A stretch of 64,000 bases of DNA from an uncultured Albidiferax sp. (GCA_963513025.1 CAUPON010000021.1:6487-70486), one strand, 5' to 3'; numbered from the stretch's first letter, positions 8,876 through 19,679 are shown. Translations and numbers: made by a program. Notes: generated by a model from the letters alone, not told the origin.

Positions 8876-10102
8876 TTACTTATCAGCTTTCAGCGCAGCC
8901 AGGGTGCGCAGCAGCGCGCGGTTCACTTCTTCAAGGCCCATGCCGTGTTCATGGCATAGGTGGCGCATGGCGGCATGGTTGCTGTCCGACTCCATAGCGC
9001 TAGCGATCTCCAGCAGCGGCGCATACGGGCCGCTGTTGCGCACCGTGGCGTTGTAGATGCGGCTGGACAGCGGCACGCGGTGCAGCGCGCTGCCCAGGGG
9101 CTCGCCCATCAGTACGTCGATCTGCGAGAACAGGCCGCAGAGGTAGATTTCGCGGGCCAGCTCGTGCTCGGCGCCGGCGTCCATCAGGTTTTCCATCAGC
9201 CGGGCCCGCACCACCATGGCGGCCTTGACCGGCTGCAGATTGGCGTCGCGCGAGGACTGGGACAGCTGCGCGCTGAGCCAGCGGCGCAGCTCGGTATAGC
9301 CGAGCATCATCAGCCCGTGGCGCAGCGATTCGATGCCATTGCGCAGGCCCACAGCCGCCGAGTTCGCATAGGCCAGGAAGCGGTAGGTGAGGATGGGCTC
9401 TTCGCCCAGCATGGCTTCGATTCGCTCGACCGCCAGGTCGTCATCGATGGCCCGGATCAGCTGCACCATGGCCTGGTGGTCAGGTGCGGTGGCCTTGTGC
9501 TGCAGCGCGTGCAGGATGTCTTCGTCGGGCCAGCCCAGCAGGCCAGTGGCGTTGCGCTGGTCAAGGCAGTGCTCCATCAGCAGCCGGCTGGCCACGCCTT
9601 CGTAGATGCAGCCGGCCAGCACCGGGCTGGGTTCGGGTTGCTTGGAGCCGGCGCGTTGGCGGGCCGCGGCCTGTAGCGCGGCCAGTGCATCCTGCGGGCC
9701 CAGGCGCAGCACCTGGGTGAAGAAGCAGGCGGCGACCTCGGGATCGGGGCGCTGCTCGGCCTCGCCGCGCCAGACCAGGCGCAGACCACGGCGGTGGGCG
9801 CGCTGTATGCGTTGGGGCATGGCGTGGCTGTGCATCCAGTCGCTACGGACTTCGATCCAGTGGCGACTGGGTGGCGCGTGGTCGAGCAGGTCACGCAGCA
9901 GTTGCGGTGAGGAGGTGACGGACAGCAGCAGGGGCGGGCTGCGCGGGCTGTCCTGCTCTTGCAGGATGGCCATCAGATGGGCGGCGTCCAGCGCCGCATC
10001 GGGCGGTGCAGTGATGCACAGCTGGACGGCCACCAGCGCGCGCTGGCGGTTCCATATGGGCCTGTAGCCCAGGGTCACGCTGCCAAGAATGGTTTGGGCC
10101 AT
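8876..10102 (-). CDS. Degenerate EAL-like + HDOD domain protein (YuxH-like architecture)
   Basis: N-terminal GYRPIWNR...VAVQL (EAL motif eroded); C-terminal EPILTYRFLAYANSAA, IESLRHGLMMLG, YLCGLFSQIDVL. Confidence 0.75.
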   Translation of the reverse strand: MAQTILGSVTLGYRPIWNRQRALVAVQLCITAPPDAALDAAHLMAILQEQDSPRSPPLLLSVTSSPQLLRDLLDHAPPSRHWIEVRSDWMHSHAMPQRIQRAHRRGLRLVWRGEAEQRPDPEVAACFFTQVLRLGPQDALAALQAAARQRAGSKQPEPSPVLAGCIYEGVASRLLMEHCLDQRNATGLLGWPDEDILHALQHKATAPDHQAMVQLIRAIDDDLAVERIEAMLGEEPILTYRFLAYANSAAVGLRNGIESLRHGLMMLGYTELRRWLSAQLSQSSRDANLQPVKAAMVVRARLMENLMDAGAEHELAREIYLCGLFSQIDVLMGEPLGSALHRVPLSSRIYNATVRNSGPYAPLLEIASAMESDSNHAAMRHLCHEHGMGLEEVNRALLRTLAALKADK

Positions 10103-10122
10103 AGCAGCTAGCTTAGTCCAAC

Positions 10123-11412
10123 TTACCCGATGTAGTTAAACAAAGACAGCTTCTGGATCGAGGCATACGACTGCAGCGCAGCCTGGTAGGCGGTTTGCTG
10201 GTTCTTCTGGTCGGCGATGGCGGCGATCATGTCCAGATCTTCGGCGTTCGATCGGTCGGATTCCGACTGGATGGTGTTTTTGGACTGGGTGTCTGTGATG
10301 CGGTCGGCGCGGGTCAGCAGGTCGCCAGCTTTGCCGCGGCTGGAGCTGATTTTTTCCAGGCTGGTGTCGATCTGGGCCAGCGAGATCGCCTGCTCATGGT
10401 TGAAGTTGGCGTCGGTGCTGTTGGCACCTTTGGTGGTGGTGTTGCCGGCCGCGTCTTTGGCGTACATGCTGGCAATGGCGCGGTCGAGTACGCCAAAAAT
10501 GCTGGGCCGGCTGGCGGCGACGTTGGCGTTGATTTCCAGTGTGTCGCCATTGGCGGGCACACCCTTGACCACCACCGAGATGCCGCCCATGGTGATGCTT
10601 TGGCCAGCGGTGTAGGTTTGCGCCGCAGAGGTGGTGCCGGTGGTGTTGTTGGTCACTGCGTACGTGGTGGCCCCGGTGGCGGGAGCAACCGGCGCGGTGA
10701 AGCTGATGCTGTAGTCGTAGCCGTTGGTGGGCAAGGCGGCGGTGGTGGCGTCGGTCACCAGTCCAATATCGGCAAATGCCTTGCCTGTATTGGCCGTACC
10801 CAGGGAGACGTTGAACACGCCATTGCTTTCCGGCACGTCCATCCAGGCGGCACGGCCATCCAGGGTGAACGGTATGGCCACGGTGCTGGCGGCGGATTGT
10901 CCGGGCAGGCCGTTGTAGGTGTAGTCGGGGTCCGGCGGTGCGCCGTCGACACTGGTTTCGAACGGTGCGGCCGTGCTGCCCAGGCCGTTGAACAAGGGCA
11001 TGCCATTGCTGTCCTTGCGGTTCGCCAGGTCGAGCAGCTCATCGCGTATGCCGATCAGCTGCTTGGCGATGGTTTCGCGCTCGGTCGGGCTGTTGGCGCC
11101 GTTGCCGGCCTGTACCACCAGATCGCGGAAGCTCTGCAGCAGCGTGGTGGCGCTGCCCAGGGTGGATTCGGCCTGGGTGATGGCGCTCTTTTGCACTTCC
11201 AGTGCGCGTTGCTCGGTTTTGATGCGTTCGATGCGGGTGGTGGCGCGTTCGGCCGCCCCGGCGCCTGTGGGGTCGTCGCTGGCGCGCAAGATTTTCTTGC
11301 CAGAGGTGACGTTTTCTTGCAGGCCCGACAGTGCGTTCTGCCGCGAGGTGAGGTTGCGCAGCGCGTTGTCGTAGCTGTTGGCGGTACCCATGCGGGTGAA
11401 GGTATTGCTCAT
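10123..11412 (-). CDS. flgL: Flagellar hook-associated protein 3
   Basis: VTSGKKILRASDDP, LANRKDSNG, AYQAALQSYASIQKLSLFNYI. Confidence 0.95.
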   Translation of the reverse strand: MSNTFTRMGTANSYDNALRNLTSRQNALSGLQENVTSGKKILRASDDPTGAGAAERATTRIERIKTEQRALEVQKSAITQAESTLGSATTLLQSFRDLVVQAGNGANSPTERETIAKQLIGIRDELLDLANRKDSNGMPLFNGLGSTAAPFETSVDGAPPDPDYTYNGLPGQSAASTVAIPFTLDGRAAWMDVPESNGVFNVSLGTANTGKAFADIGLVTDATTAALPTNGYDYSISFTAPVAPATGATTYAVTNNTTGTTSAAQTYTAGQSITMGGISVVVKGVPANGDTLEINANVAASRPSIFGVLDRAIASMYAKDAAGNTTTKGANSTDANFNHEQAISLAQIDTSLEKISSSRGKAGDLLTRADRITDTQSKNTIQSESDRSNAEDLDMIAAIADQKNQQTAYQAALQSYASIQKLSLFNYIG

Positions 11413-11443
11413 CAAGCGCTCCTAAGGGGGGCGGTTCGGGCGG

Positions 11444-13342
11444 TCAACGGCCGACGCTGGCCATCAGACTGTCAAAAATGGTTTGGGCGATCTGGATCAT
11501 CTTGGACGAAGCCTGGTAGGCCTGCTGGTATTGCAGCAGCTTAGCGGCTTCTTCGTCCAGATTCACACCGGACACGCCGGTGCGCGAGGTTTCCAGGTTG
11601 TCTGCAATCGACTTGGAGACTTCAGCGGTGTATTGCACGCTTTGGACGCGCACACCGACCTGCGACATCAGCGAGGCGTAGCCGTCGGCCAGACTGGCAC
11701 CGTCGAACAAGGCTAGATCGCGCAGGTCCATCAGTGCATCGGCATTGCCGGCATTGAGCTTGGCGTAGCTGGTGTTGGACGGGCCGAGGGTGATGGTGTC
11801 ACCGACTTGCGCAGCCCCCGACATCGTGAGCGACCAGCCCGACGCGGTGTTGGCTGCGTCGTAGGGAATGGCTGTGCCGGGGTTGTAGGTGAAGGTGCCG
11901 GCTATATCCGAACGGGTATAGGTGTTGGCCCCGGTGAAGGTAAGGGTCACGGCAGCCGGCATCGGCACCGATTTGGCCGTCAGGTTGGCCACCGACAGGC
12001 TGCCGGTATTGGTGGTGCCCATGGCCGCTTGCACTGGGCTGGCCACGGCGAGCTGGCGCGGCGAGGCAAACGCAATGCCGATGTCTGCCGCTGCATTGCT
12101 GTAGGGCCGTAGCAAGAAGCTGTCGCCGGAGTTGGGCGTGCCGCCGGGCGTGATCAACAGGCCGTCGTAGCTGCCGGTCACCGGGTCGGGCGTGACCACG
12201 GTGTTGTCGGAGTTGCGCGTCACGGTAAAGGTGGCGGCCGAGGTGTAGGTGACGGTGTAGTCCGACGCCGCCAGCTTGGCCACATTGGCCGGGTCGACGC
12301 TGATGCCTATGGTGCCCGTACCGGTATTGAAGGTGGCGCCCACGCCGTTGGGCATGTTGACCTGGCTGAACAGGTTGCCGCCCGCATTGCCGTCCAGGTC
12401 CAGGCCCAGCTGGTGCTGTGCGTTCAGCACGGTGGTGATGCTGACCGCCATCCGACCCAGCAGGTTTACGCCTTCGGCCAGATCCTTGTTCTGGAACTTC
12501 AGCATGCCGGCGATCTCGCCGCCGCCCATCATGTCCTCGGACAGCACGGCTGTCTGGCTGCCGAAATTGATGGCAACCTGGGTCTTGGTGTTGTCCTGCG
12601 GGTCGGTTTGCACCGACAGCGGATTGGACTTGGTACCCAGCACCAGGGGCTGGCTGCTGGACGCAAACAGTGTGACGGTGCCGTCTCCGCCATCGATGGA
12701 TGTGGTCTGGATGTACTGGTTGAGCTGGCTTATCAGGTTATCGCGCTTGTCCAGCAGGTCGTTGGGCGACTGGCCGTTGCCCTTTGCCTGTTGCAGCTGC
12801 AGGTTGACGGCGGCGATGCTGCTGGTCAGGGTGTTGACTGCAGCGACGGAGTTTTCGAGTTCGGTGCGCAGGCCGCTCTGCAGGTTGGTGAGCTGGGTAG
12901 CGGCATCATTGAAGCGGGCTGCGGCTTCGTCGGCGCGGGTCAGCACCACGGTGCGCGCAGTTAGGTCGGTCGGGGCGCTGGCCACGTCCGAAAACGCGTT
13001 CATCATGTCGGTGACGGCGGCACCCAGGCCGTTTTTGCCACCGGTGAATATGTCTTCCAGCTGCAGCAGCTTGTTGGCGCGGGCAATGTCGGAGGCCGAG
13101 ACCGACTTGGACAGCGCGGCCTGCCGGGTCAGGTATTCGTTGTGGTTGCGCTGGATGGTGGCAATGTCCACGCCCTTGCCGATGTAGCCGCCGCCGCTGA
13201 ACTGGCCTTCGACGGTCTGCAGCACCGTGGTTTGGCGCGAGTAGCCAACGGTACTGGCGTTGGCAATATTGTTGCCAATGGTTTGCAGTGCGACTTCATT
13301 GGCGACCAGGGCCCGCGTGCCGACGTTGAGTAGATTGCTCAT
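11444..13342 (-). CDS. flgK: Flagellar hook-associated protein 1
   Basis: GNNIANASTVGYSRQ, NDLLDKRD, VSGVNLDEEAAKLLQYQQAYQAS. Confidence 0.95.
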   Translation of the reverse strand: MSNLLNVGTRALVANEVALQTIGNNIANASTVGYSRQTTVLQTVEGQFSGGGYIGKGVDIATIQRNHNEYLTRQAALSKSVSASDIARANKLLQLEDIFTGGKNGLGAAVTDMMNAFSDVASAPTDLTARTVVLTRADEAAARFNDAATQLTNLQSGLRTELENSVAAVNTLTSSIAAVNLQLQQAKGNGQSPNDLLDKRDNLISQLNQYIQTTSIDGGDGTVTLFASSSQPLVLGTKSNPLSVQTDPQDNTKTQVAINFGSQTAVLSEDMMGGGEIAGMLKFQNKDLAEGVNLLGRMAVSITTVLNAQHQLGLDLDGNAGGNLFSQVNMPNGVGATFNTGTGTIGISVDPANVAKLAASDYTVTYTSAATFTVTRNSDNTVVTPDPVTGSYDGLLITPGGTPNSGDSFLLRPYSNAAADIGIAFASPRQLAVASPVQAAMGTTNTGSLSVANLTAKSVPMPAAVTLTFTGANTYTRSDIAGTFTYNPGTAIPYDAANTASGWSLTMSGAAQVGDTITLGPSNTSYAKLNAGNADALMDLRDLALFDGASLADGYASLMSQVGVRVQSVQYTAEVSKSIADNLETSRTGVSGVNLDEEAAKLLQYQQAYQASSKMIQIAQTIFDSLMASVGR

Positions 13343-13351
13343 GGCGGTCTG

Positions 13352-14239
13352 TTACGCGTAGGCCCGGCGCAACTGCTGGGTGGTGCTGATGGCCCGCGTC
13401 AGCTTGGCGGCGTAGTCGGGGTCGGTGGCATAGCCGGCGCGCTTGAGCTCGGTTGCATAGGCCTGCGATGAGCCAGTTTGCTGACGGGCCTGGGCATAGC
13501 GCGGGCTTTCATTGATCAGCTTGGCGTAGTCCTTGAACGAGTCTTCGTAGGAGTCGTAAGCTCGGAATTTGGCGCTGACTTTGCGCGATTCGCCGTTGAT
13601 CACCTCGGTGGTGGTGATGGTAGTGGTCTTGCCAGTCCAGTTGGAGCCTGCCTTGATGCCGAACAGGTTGAACGAGGTGCTACCGTCCTTATTCAAAATC
13701 TCTTTGCGGCCCCAGCCGGTTTCATGGCCTGCCTGGCCCAGCAGGTAGCTGGCGGGGAGGCCGGTGTCTTTTTCAACCTGCATGGCCGTACCGTTATGGC
13801 GCTGCACAAAATCGCTTTGGCTGGTGGTTCGGCTTACCGGCCCGGTCGCCGGTGCAGCGGAAGGACGGCTGGCTGGCGTGCCCAGTTGCAGGGTGCTGGT
13901 ATCCGCGGGCACGGTCTGGCGCGACAGCTGGCGTTCGATGGCCTCCGATAAGCCGCCGGGCCGGCCCGACATGGTGACCGACAGCTGCTGGTCGAGCAGG
14001 TCGGTGCCCAGGTCGCCCTGGGGGCTGTCGAACATGCCGGATTTGGTGGTGGCCTCGCGCATGCTTTTGATCAGCTCGCGCATGAACAGCGACTCTAGCT
14101 GCTTGGCGGTTTCCTTGATGGCAGCCGGGCTGTCTTGTCCGGCTTGCTGCTTCAGTGCGTTCAGCGATTTGACGTCTGCCGCAAGCGCATTGGAGGAGAC
14201 TTGCGAGGCCTGGTTCAGTGGGTTCAGAGATAGCGACAT
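13352..14239 (-). CDS. flgJ: Rod assembly protein / peptidoglycan hydrolase
   Basis: KQLESLFMRELIKSMR rod domain; GHETGWG, FNLFGIKA, FRAYDS, GYATDPDYA. Confidence 0.95.
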   Translation of the reverse strand: MSLSLNPLNQASQVSSNALAADVKSLNALKQQAGQDSPAAIKETAKQLESLFMRELIKSMREATTKSGMFDSPQGDLGTDLLDQQLSVTMSGRPGGLSEAIERQLSRQTVPADTSTLQLGTPASRPSAAPATGPVSRTTSQSDFVQRHNGTAMQVEKDTGLPASYLLGQAGHETGWGRKEILNKDGSTSFNLFGIKAGSNWTGKTTTITTTEVINGESRKVSAKFRAYDSYEDSFKDYAKLINESPRYAQARQQTGSSQAYATELKRAGYATDPDYAAKLTRAISTTQQLRRAYA

Positions 14240-14240
14240 G

Positions 14241-15392
14241 TCAGATCACCTCCAGCTCGGCGTTGAGGGCACCTGCGGCCTTGATGGCTTGCAGAATGGC
14301 CAGCAAATCCTGGGGGGTCGCGCCCAGGGCGTTCAAGGCGCGCACCACGTCAGACAGCTGGGGCGCGGGCGGAACCTGGATCAGGATGCCGGGTTCTTGC
14401 TTGATCTGGATATTGCTTTTTTCCGTCACCACGGTCTGCCCTTGCGACAAGGGGTTAGGTTGGCTGACCGACGGTGTCGTGCTGATGCTGATGGACAAAT
14501 TGCCATGCGCAATCGCGCAAGGGCCGAGTGTCACAGCCTGGTTCAGCACAATGGAGCCGGTGCGGGAGTTAATGACCACCTTGGCAGCCGGCGTAGAGGC
14601 TTCCAGCGGCAGCTCCTCCAGATCGGCCAAAAAGTTGACGCGGGCATTCGGGTCGTTGGGCGCACGCACCCGGACGGTACGGCCGTCCATCGCGTTTGCG
14701 AGGCCGCTGCCCAGCTTGTTATTGACGGCTGCAGCCACTCGGCGGGCGGTCTGGAAGTCGGAGGAGTTCAGGTCCAGGGTGATGTAGTCGCCCTCTTGTA
14801 GCGGCGTGGGCACGCTGCGCTCGACCTGGGCACCGGAGGGGATGCGGCCGGCACTGAGGTGGTTGATCTGCACCTTGCTGCCGCCGGCAGCAGCGCCGGC
14901 ACCAGCCACCACCATATTGCCCTGGGCCATGGCGTAGATCTCGCCGTCGGCACCGCGCAGCGGGGTGGTGATGAGCATGCCGCCCTTCAGCGACTTGGAG
15001 TTGCCCATGGATGCCACGTTCACGTCGATGGTCTGGCCAGGTTGGGCGAATGCGGGTAATTGGGCGGTGACGATGACCGCGGCCACGTTTTTCAGCTGCA
15101 GCGATGACGCCAGGCTGGCCGGCAGGGTGATACCCATTTGCTGCAAGTAGCTGGACAGGCTTTGGGAGGTGTAAGGCATCTGGGTGGTCTGGTCACCCGT
15201 GCCGTCCAGGCCGACCACCAGGCCGTAGCCGGTTAACTGGTTGCTGCGCACGCCTTGGATGGCGGCGATTTCTTTGATGCGCAAGGCCTGGGCGGGGCTG
15301 GCTGCGAGCACGCCCAGCACCATGCATAGCGCCGAGACCCAGGTCACGGCACGGCGTGTCGGCAGGTGGCGGAAAAAATGCATGGCGAACAA
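14241..15392 (-). CDS. flgI: Flagellar P-ring protein
   Basis: GVRSNQLTGYGLVVGLDGTGD, KAAGALNAELEVI; start may be 15383. Confidence 0.95.
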   Translation of the reverse strand: MFAMHFFRHLPTRRAVTWVSALCMVLGVLAASPAQALRIKEIAAIQGVRSNQLTGYGLVVGLDGTGDQTTQMPYTSQSLSSYLQQMGITLPASLASSLQLKNVAAVIVTAQLPAFAQPGQTIDVNVASMGNSKSLKGGMLITTPLRGADGEIYAMAQGNMVVAGAGAAAGGSKVQINHLSAGRIPSGAQVERSVPTPLQEGDYITLDLNSSDFQTARRVAAAVNNKLGSGLANAMDGRTVRVRAPNDPNARVNFLADLEELPLEASTPAAKVVINSRTGSIVLNQAVTLGPCAIAHGNLSISISTTPSVSQPNPLSQGQTVVTEKSNIQIKQEPGILIQVPPAPQLSDVVRALNALGATPQDLLAILQAIKAAGALNAELEVI

Positions 15393-15451
15393 CCCGTTCT
15401 ACGTATGGTTCGACCGAATTGGTCCAACCTTTAGCATTATTTTCCTGCGCG

Positions 15452-16159
15452 CTAGAACGGGAGAACGGTTAAAAAGAACCGGGACAACCAGCCTATTGTT
15501 TGGGCTTCACCCTGGGCGCCGCGCCCCTTGGACTCGATGCGCGCATTCGCCACCTGGGTGGAGCTGACGATGCTGCCGGGTTGCACGGCGCGGGGGTCGA
15601 CGGTGCCCGAGAAGCGCAGCACGTCGACGTTCTGGTTCACGCCAATCTGCTTCTCGCCAGCCACAACCAGGTGGCCGTTGGCGAGCACCTCCACCACGGT
15701 CACGGTAATTGCACCGGAAAAGGTGTTAGCGCTTTCGGTGCCGCCTTTGCCGGAGAAATCGCTGCTGGAGCTGGCGCCGACCGACAGCTTGTTCAGAAGC
15801 GGCGTTTTCAGGAATGGCAAGGCCGTGATGCCGGCTTCGTTTTCAGCCGAGCGGTTGACGGTGCTGGAGGATTTCTGGCTGGCACTGACGTTTTCCACGA
15901 TCTGGATCGTCAGGCTGTCGCCCACCAGGCGCGGGCGCCGGTCTTCGAAAACCGGCCGGTAGGCCGACGAGGTGAACAGGCTGCCGGTGGGGCGCGCCGT
16001 CGTCGCCGCTGCGGTCGGGGGGAGTGCCCGGGGCAGGGTGGATTCGACGAAATCCACCTTAGGTGCGGGCTGCAGGGTTTCGCAGCCAGTGCAGAGCAGG
16101 CCGATGGCCGCCACGACGGCATACCAGCGCAGAGCAGCAGTAAGGGATGCGGTGTACAT
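15452..16159 (-). CDS. flgH: Flagellar L-ring lipoprotein
   Basis: Lipobox-like LCTGC, FEDRRPRLVGDSLTI, GEKQIGVNQ; start re-called to ATG 16159. Confidence 0.93.
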   Translation of the reverse strand: MYTASLTAALRWYAVVAAIGLLCTGCETLQPAPKVDFVESTLPRALPPTAAATTARPTGSLFTSSAYRPVFEDRRPRLVGDSLTIQIVENVSASQKSSSTVNRSAENEAGITALPFLKTPLLNKLSVGASSSSDFSGKGGTESANTFSGAITVTVVEVLANGHLVVAGEKQIGVNQNVDVLRFSGTVDPRAVQPGSIVSSTQVANARIESKGRGAQGEAQTIGWLSRFFLTVLPF

Positions 16160-16169
16160 GGCCTGGTTC

Positions 16170-16952
16170 CTAGAGCTGGGCAAGCTTTTGCAGCATCTGG
16201 TCGGAGGTCTGCACGGCCTTGGAATTCATTTCATAGGCGCGCTGGGTCTGGATCATGGTGACCAGCTCCTGCACCACGTTGACGTTAGAGGTTTCTACAA
16301 AGCCCTGTTTGACCACGCCCATGCCGCTAACGCCGGGCGTGCCGGTGGTTGGTTGGCCGGAGGCTGGCGTTTCGGTGTAGAGGTTGCCACCTTTGGGCTC
16401 CAGGCCAGCCGGGTTGATGAAATTGGCCAGCGCAATATTGCCGGCGGGTTGCGGCGTGCTGTTGCCCGGCAGCATGACGGTGACCGAGCCGTCGGTGCTG
16501 ATGGTGACGCTTTGGGCGGTAACTGGAATGGTCACGCCGCTGGCGACCGTCAGGCCGGCGGCGGTGACCAGGCGGCCTTGGGAGTCGACCTGGAAAGAGC
16601 CATCTCGGGTGTAGCCAATCGTGCCATCGGTCTGGTTGATCTGAAAGAAGCCGTTGCCGTTGATCGCTACGTCCAGCGCATTCCCAGACGATTGCAGACT
16701 GCCCTGGGCAAAGGATCGGGTAGTGGCCACGGTGCGCACGCCCAGGCCCAGGTGCAGGCCGGTGGGCAGCTGGTTTTGTTCGGTGCTGTTGGCGCCAACC
16801 TGGCGCAGGTTTTGGTAGATCAGGTCTTCAAACACCGCATTGGCGCGCTTGTAGCCGGTGGTGGAGACGTTCGCCAGATTGTGCGAGATCACGTCCAGCT
16901 GGGTTTGCTGGGCTTCCATACCCGTCTTGGAGATCCACAGGGAGTTGATCAT
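16170..16952 (-). CDS. flgG: Distal rod protein
   Basis: [47 protein letters not shown]. Confidence 0.96.
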   Translation of the reverse strand: MINSLWISKTGMEAQQTQLDVISHNLANVSTTGYKRANAVFEDLIYQNLRQVGANSTEQNQLPTGLHLGLGVRTVATTRSFAQGSLQSSGNALDVAINGNGFFQINQTDGTIGYTRDGSFQVDSQGRLVTAAGLTVASGVTIPVTAQSVTISTDGSVTVMLPGNSTPQPAGNIALANFINPAGLEPKGGNLYTETPASGQPTTGTPGVSGMGVVKQGFVETSNVNVVQELVTMIQTQRAYEMNSKAVQTSDQMLQKLAQL

Positions 16953-16977
16953 GGCGATTCCTTTTCTTGGGGGGCGA

Positions 16978-17718
16978 TTAGCCCTGTACGTTCAGCAACT
17001 GGCTGGCCGATTTGTCGTTGGTCTCTGCGGTTTGCAGCAGGCGCATCTGGGTTTCGAACTGGCGGGCGACCTGGATCATGCCAACCATGGTTTCCACGGC
17101 GTTGACGTTGGAGCCTTCTACGGCACCGGAGAGCAGCTTGGCATTGGCATCGGCAGGCAGCGGGTCGCCGGTGGCGCCCCGGAACAGGCCGTCGTCGCCG
17201 CGTTTGATGGGGTTGTCCGCATCGGGCGTGACCATCTTCAGCCGGCCCAGGTTGGTGGGTGCCTGGCCTGCGACCTTGGCGCTGATAGTGCCGTCGCTGC
17301 CGAATGTGATCTCGGAATTGGCAGGCACATCGATGGGGGCGCCGCCGTCGGACAGCACGGGCAGGCCCATGGGCGTGACCAGGGTGTTGTTCGGTGAAAC
17401 CTCGAAGGAGCCGGCGCGCGTATAGGCTTCGGTGCCGTCCAGGCCTTGCACGGTGAACCAGGCATTGCCTTGGGCCATGGCATCCAGGTTGCGGCCTGTG
17501 CGCTGTATCGGGCCAGGCGTTTCAGAATGGCCTGCTGTGGCCTCCAGTGCGAAGACCCGGGTGCTGGCGCCGGGGCCATTCAGGGGCACGGAGCGGTAGG
17601 TGGACAGTTCAGCGCGAAACCCGCTGGTAGAGACGTTTGCCAGATTGTTGGCCAGCACAGCCTGCCGGTTGGCAGCCGTGTTGGCCCCCGTCATCGAGGT
17701 GTAAATGATGTGGTCCAT
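16978..17718 (-). CDS. flgF: Proximal rod protein
   Basis: [39 protein letters not shown]. Confidence 0.95.
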   Translation of the reverse strand: MDHIIYTSMTGANTAANRQAVLANNLANVSTSGFRAELSTYRSVPLNGPGASTRVFALEATAGHSETPGPIQRTGRNLDAMAQGNAWFTVQGLDGTEAYTRAGSFEVSPNNTLVTPMGLPVLSDGGAPIDVPANSEITFGSDGTISAKVAGQAPTNLGRLKMVTPDADNPIKRGDDGLFRGATGDPLPADANAKLLSGAVEGSNVNAVETMVGMIQVARQFETQMRLLQTAETNDKSASQLLNVQG

Positions 17719-17756
17719 GGCGGGGCTTTCTCAGGCGGGCGCTGCGCTCAGCGGGC

Positions 17757-18992
17757 TTAGCGCAGATTGACCAGGGTGGACATCACCTGGTCCTGGGTCT
17801 TGATGGTCTGGGCATTGGCCTGGTAGGCACGCTGGGCGGTCATCATGTTGACCAGCTCTTTGGTGAGGTCGACGTTGGAGTCTTCCAGCGATCCGGCGCG
17901 CAGGCTTCCCAGGTTGCCGGTGCCGGGCGCGCCTTTGACCGAGGGCTCGCCGCTGGACACGGTGGCTTGCCAGTAGTTGCCGCCAATCGGCGCCAGGCCT
18001 TGCACGTTGGTGAAGGTGGCTAGCTGGATCTGCCCTGCAGCAAGCGACTTGCCGTTCGAATAGGTACCCTGGATGATGCCGCTTTCATCGATGTTGATGG
18101 CGGTCAGCGTACCAGGTGCCTGGCCGTCGCCCTTGGCTTTGGTGACAGAAAACTTGGAGCCCTGCTGCGTCGCGTCGGCGATATTGATGTCGACAGAGAA
18201 CGTGCCGGCCGGTGGCGGGGTGGCAGCGCTGGGCAGTGCAATCGAACCCAGGGTGAACGAGGCGGGCGTGATCGTGCCATTGGTGGCAAACGTCAGAGGC
18301 GTTGGTACCAGGGTGGGGGTGGCTCCGTCTACGCTGGTGTATACGTTCCAGGTATTTACCGCAGTTTTTGTGAAATAGAAGCTGACGGGAATCGCCACGC
18401 CTTGCTCGTTGTAGGCCAGGGCCGACGTTCCGTAGGTGGCCAGCGGCGGTACCAGGGCGCTGGGCGCGGTACCGGTGGCAACGGCTGCTTCAGTGTCCAG
18501 GTTGAAGGTCAGGTCGATCTTGGTGCTGACCTCGGCCGGAATTTCACCGCCGGCAGGCAGCAGCAGGGGGGCGATGACGCCACCCGTAGGAATGCTGCCA
18601 TCCGCGGCGGAAGCCAGGCCCATCAGGTGACCGCCACTGTTGGTGATGATCTCGCCGTCGTTGTTGAGCTTGAAGGCTCCGTCGCGGCTGTAGGCGGTGC
18701 TGCCATTGGGCAGCTGGACCTGGAAGAAACCGTTGCCGTTGATGGCAACGTCCAGCGAGTTGTTGGTAATGCTGATGTTGCCCTGGGTGAACTGCTGCGA
18801 CACGGTGGAAACCTCGACGCCGATGCCGTTGCTGATACCGCCGGAGCTGCCCAGCGAAGAGGCGTACAACTCGGCAAACTCGGCCCGCGAGGCCTTCATG
18901 CCCGTGGTGTTCGCGTTGGCGATGTTGTGGCCAATAACGTCCAGATTCTGGCTGGATGCGTTCAGACCGGACAGACCTTGTTGAAAGCTCAT
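17757..18992 (-). CDS. flgE: Flagellar hook protein
   Basis: MSFQQGLSGLN, GHNIANANTTG, LEDSNVDLTKELVNMMTAQRAYQANAQ. Confidence 0.96.
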   Translation of the reverse strand: MSFQQGLSGLNASSQNLDVIGHNIANANTTGMKASRAEFAELYASSLGSSGGISNGIGVEVSTVSQQFTQGNISITNNSLDVAINGNGFFQVQLPNGSTAYSRDGAFKLNNDGEIITNSGGHLMGLASAADGSIPTGGVIAPLLLPAGGEIPAEVSTKIDLTFNLDTEAAVATGTAPSALVPPLATYGTSALAYNEQGVAIPVSFYFTKTAVNTWNVYTSVDGATPTLVPTPLTFATNGTITPASFTLGSIALPSAATPPPAGTFSVDINIADATQQGSKFSVTKAKGDGQAPGTLTAINIDESGIIQGTYSNGKSLAAGQIQLATFTNVQGLAPIGGNYWQATVSSGEPSVKGAPGTGNLGSLRAGSLEDSNVDLTKELVNMMTAQRAYQANAQTIKTQDQVMSTLVNLR

Positions 18993-19028
18993 GGGGTGCT
19001 CCTGAAAATGCGGAAGGGGTGTGCGGTC

Positions 19029-19679
19029 TTAGAGAATGGCTTTGACGGCGCTGTACGCGACCGATTCGCCGTTCTGCAGTTGCAGGTTGAGGACGTTGTT
19101 GTCGTTGCTGACCGACACCACCTTGTTACGTTCCAGGGCCGTGCTGGTGACGGCAGTGCTGCCATTGGTGGCCACTACCTTGAAGGTGAGTTCTCCTGCA
19201 TTGGCGTGCTGTGATGCGTCCCAGGTAAACGATTGGCGGCCAGATTCGAGGGCGCCCATGTTCACGGTGCCGAGCAGGGTGCCGCCGGAGTTGCGCACTT
19301 CAACCTTGACGGTGTCGGCAGTGCCACTCAGGTCGAACGCGCCTTTGCCCACGCCATCGGTGATGCTGACGGTGGAGCCCTCGGTTAGGACCTCGTGGCC
19401 AATGGTGGTGCTGCCTTGTAGCGACTGCAGTGCCGCGATTTGCGAGGCCATGCTGGTCATGGTGTCGTTCAGAGTCTGGATGCCGGACACGGTATTGATC
19501 TGCGCTAGCTGGCTGGTCATCTGCGCGTTGTCCATAGGATTCATCGGATCCTGGTTGTTCAATTGGGCGACCAGCAGTTTCAGGAAGCGGTCTTGCGAGG
19601 CTTCTGATGTGGTGGCGTTCTTGTTGCTGGCTGCGGAGGCCAGCGAGCTGCTGGTGGCATTGATGGTGTTGAAATCCAT
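19029..19679 (-). CDS. flgD: Hook capping protein
   Basis: FLKLLVAQLNNQDPMNPMDN. Confidence 0.96.
   Translation of the reverse strand: MDFNTINATSSSLASAASNKNATTSEASQDRFLKLLVAQLNNQDPMNPMDNAQMTSQLAQINTVSGIQTLNDTMTSMASQIAALQSLQGSTTIGHEVLTEGSTVSITDGVGKGAFDLSGTADTVKVEVRNSGGTLLGTVNMGALESGRQSFTWDASQHANAGELTFKVVATNGSTAVTSTALERNKVVSVSNDNNVLNLQLQNGESVAYSAVKAIL

Noticed and set aside
10195-11544. 449-aa plus-strand ORF (and similar long antisense ORFs at 122-1081, 6968-7999, 15972-17105, 39360-40463, 40232-41233)
   Set aside because: Each lies opposite a well-supported gene and shows shadow-frame composition.
15436-15483. Possible internal class-2 promoter before flgI (CCCGGTTCTT ... AATAAT on the minus strand)
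   Set aside because: The spacing is 32 bp rather than 26-27 and the 10-mer lies in flgH coding sequence; not supported enough.
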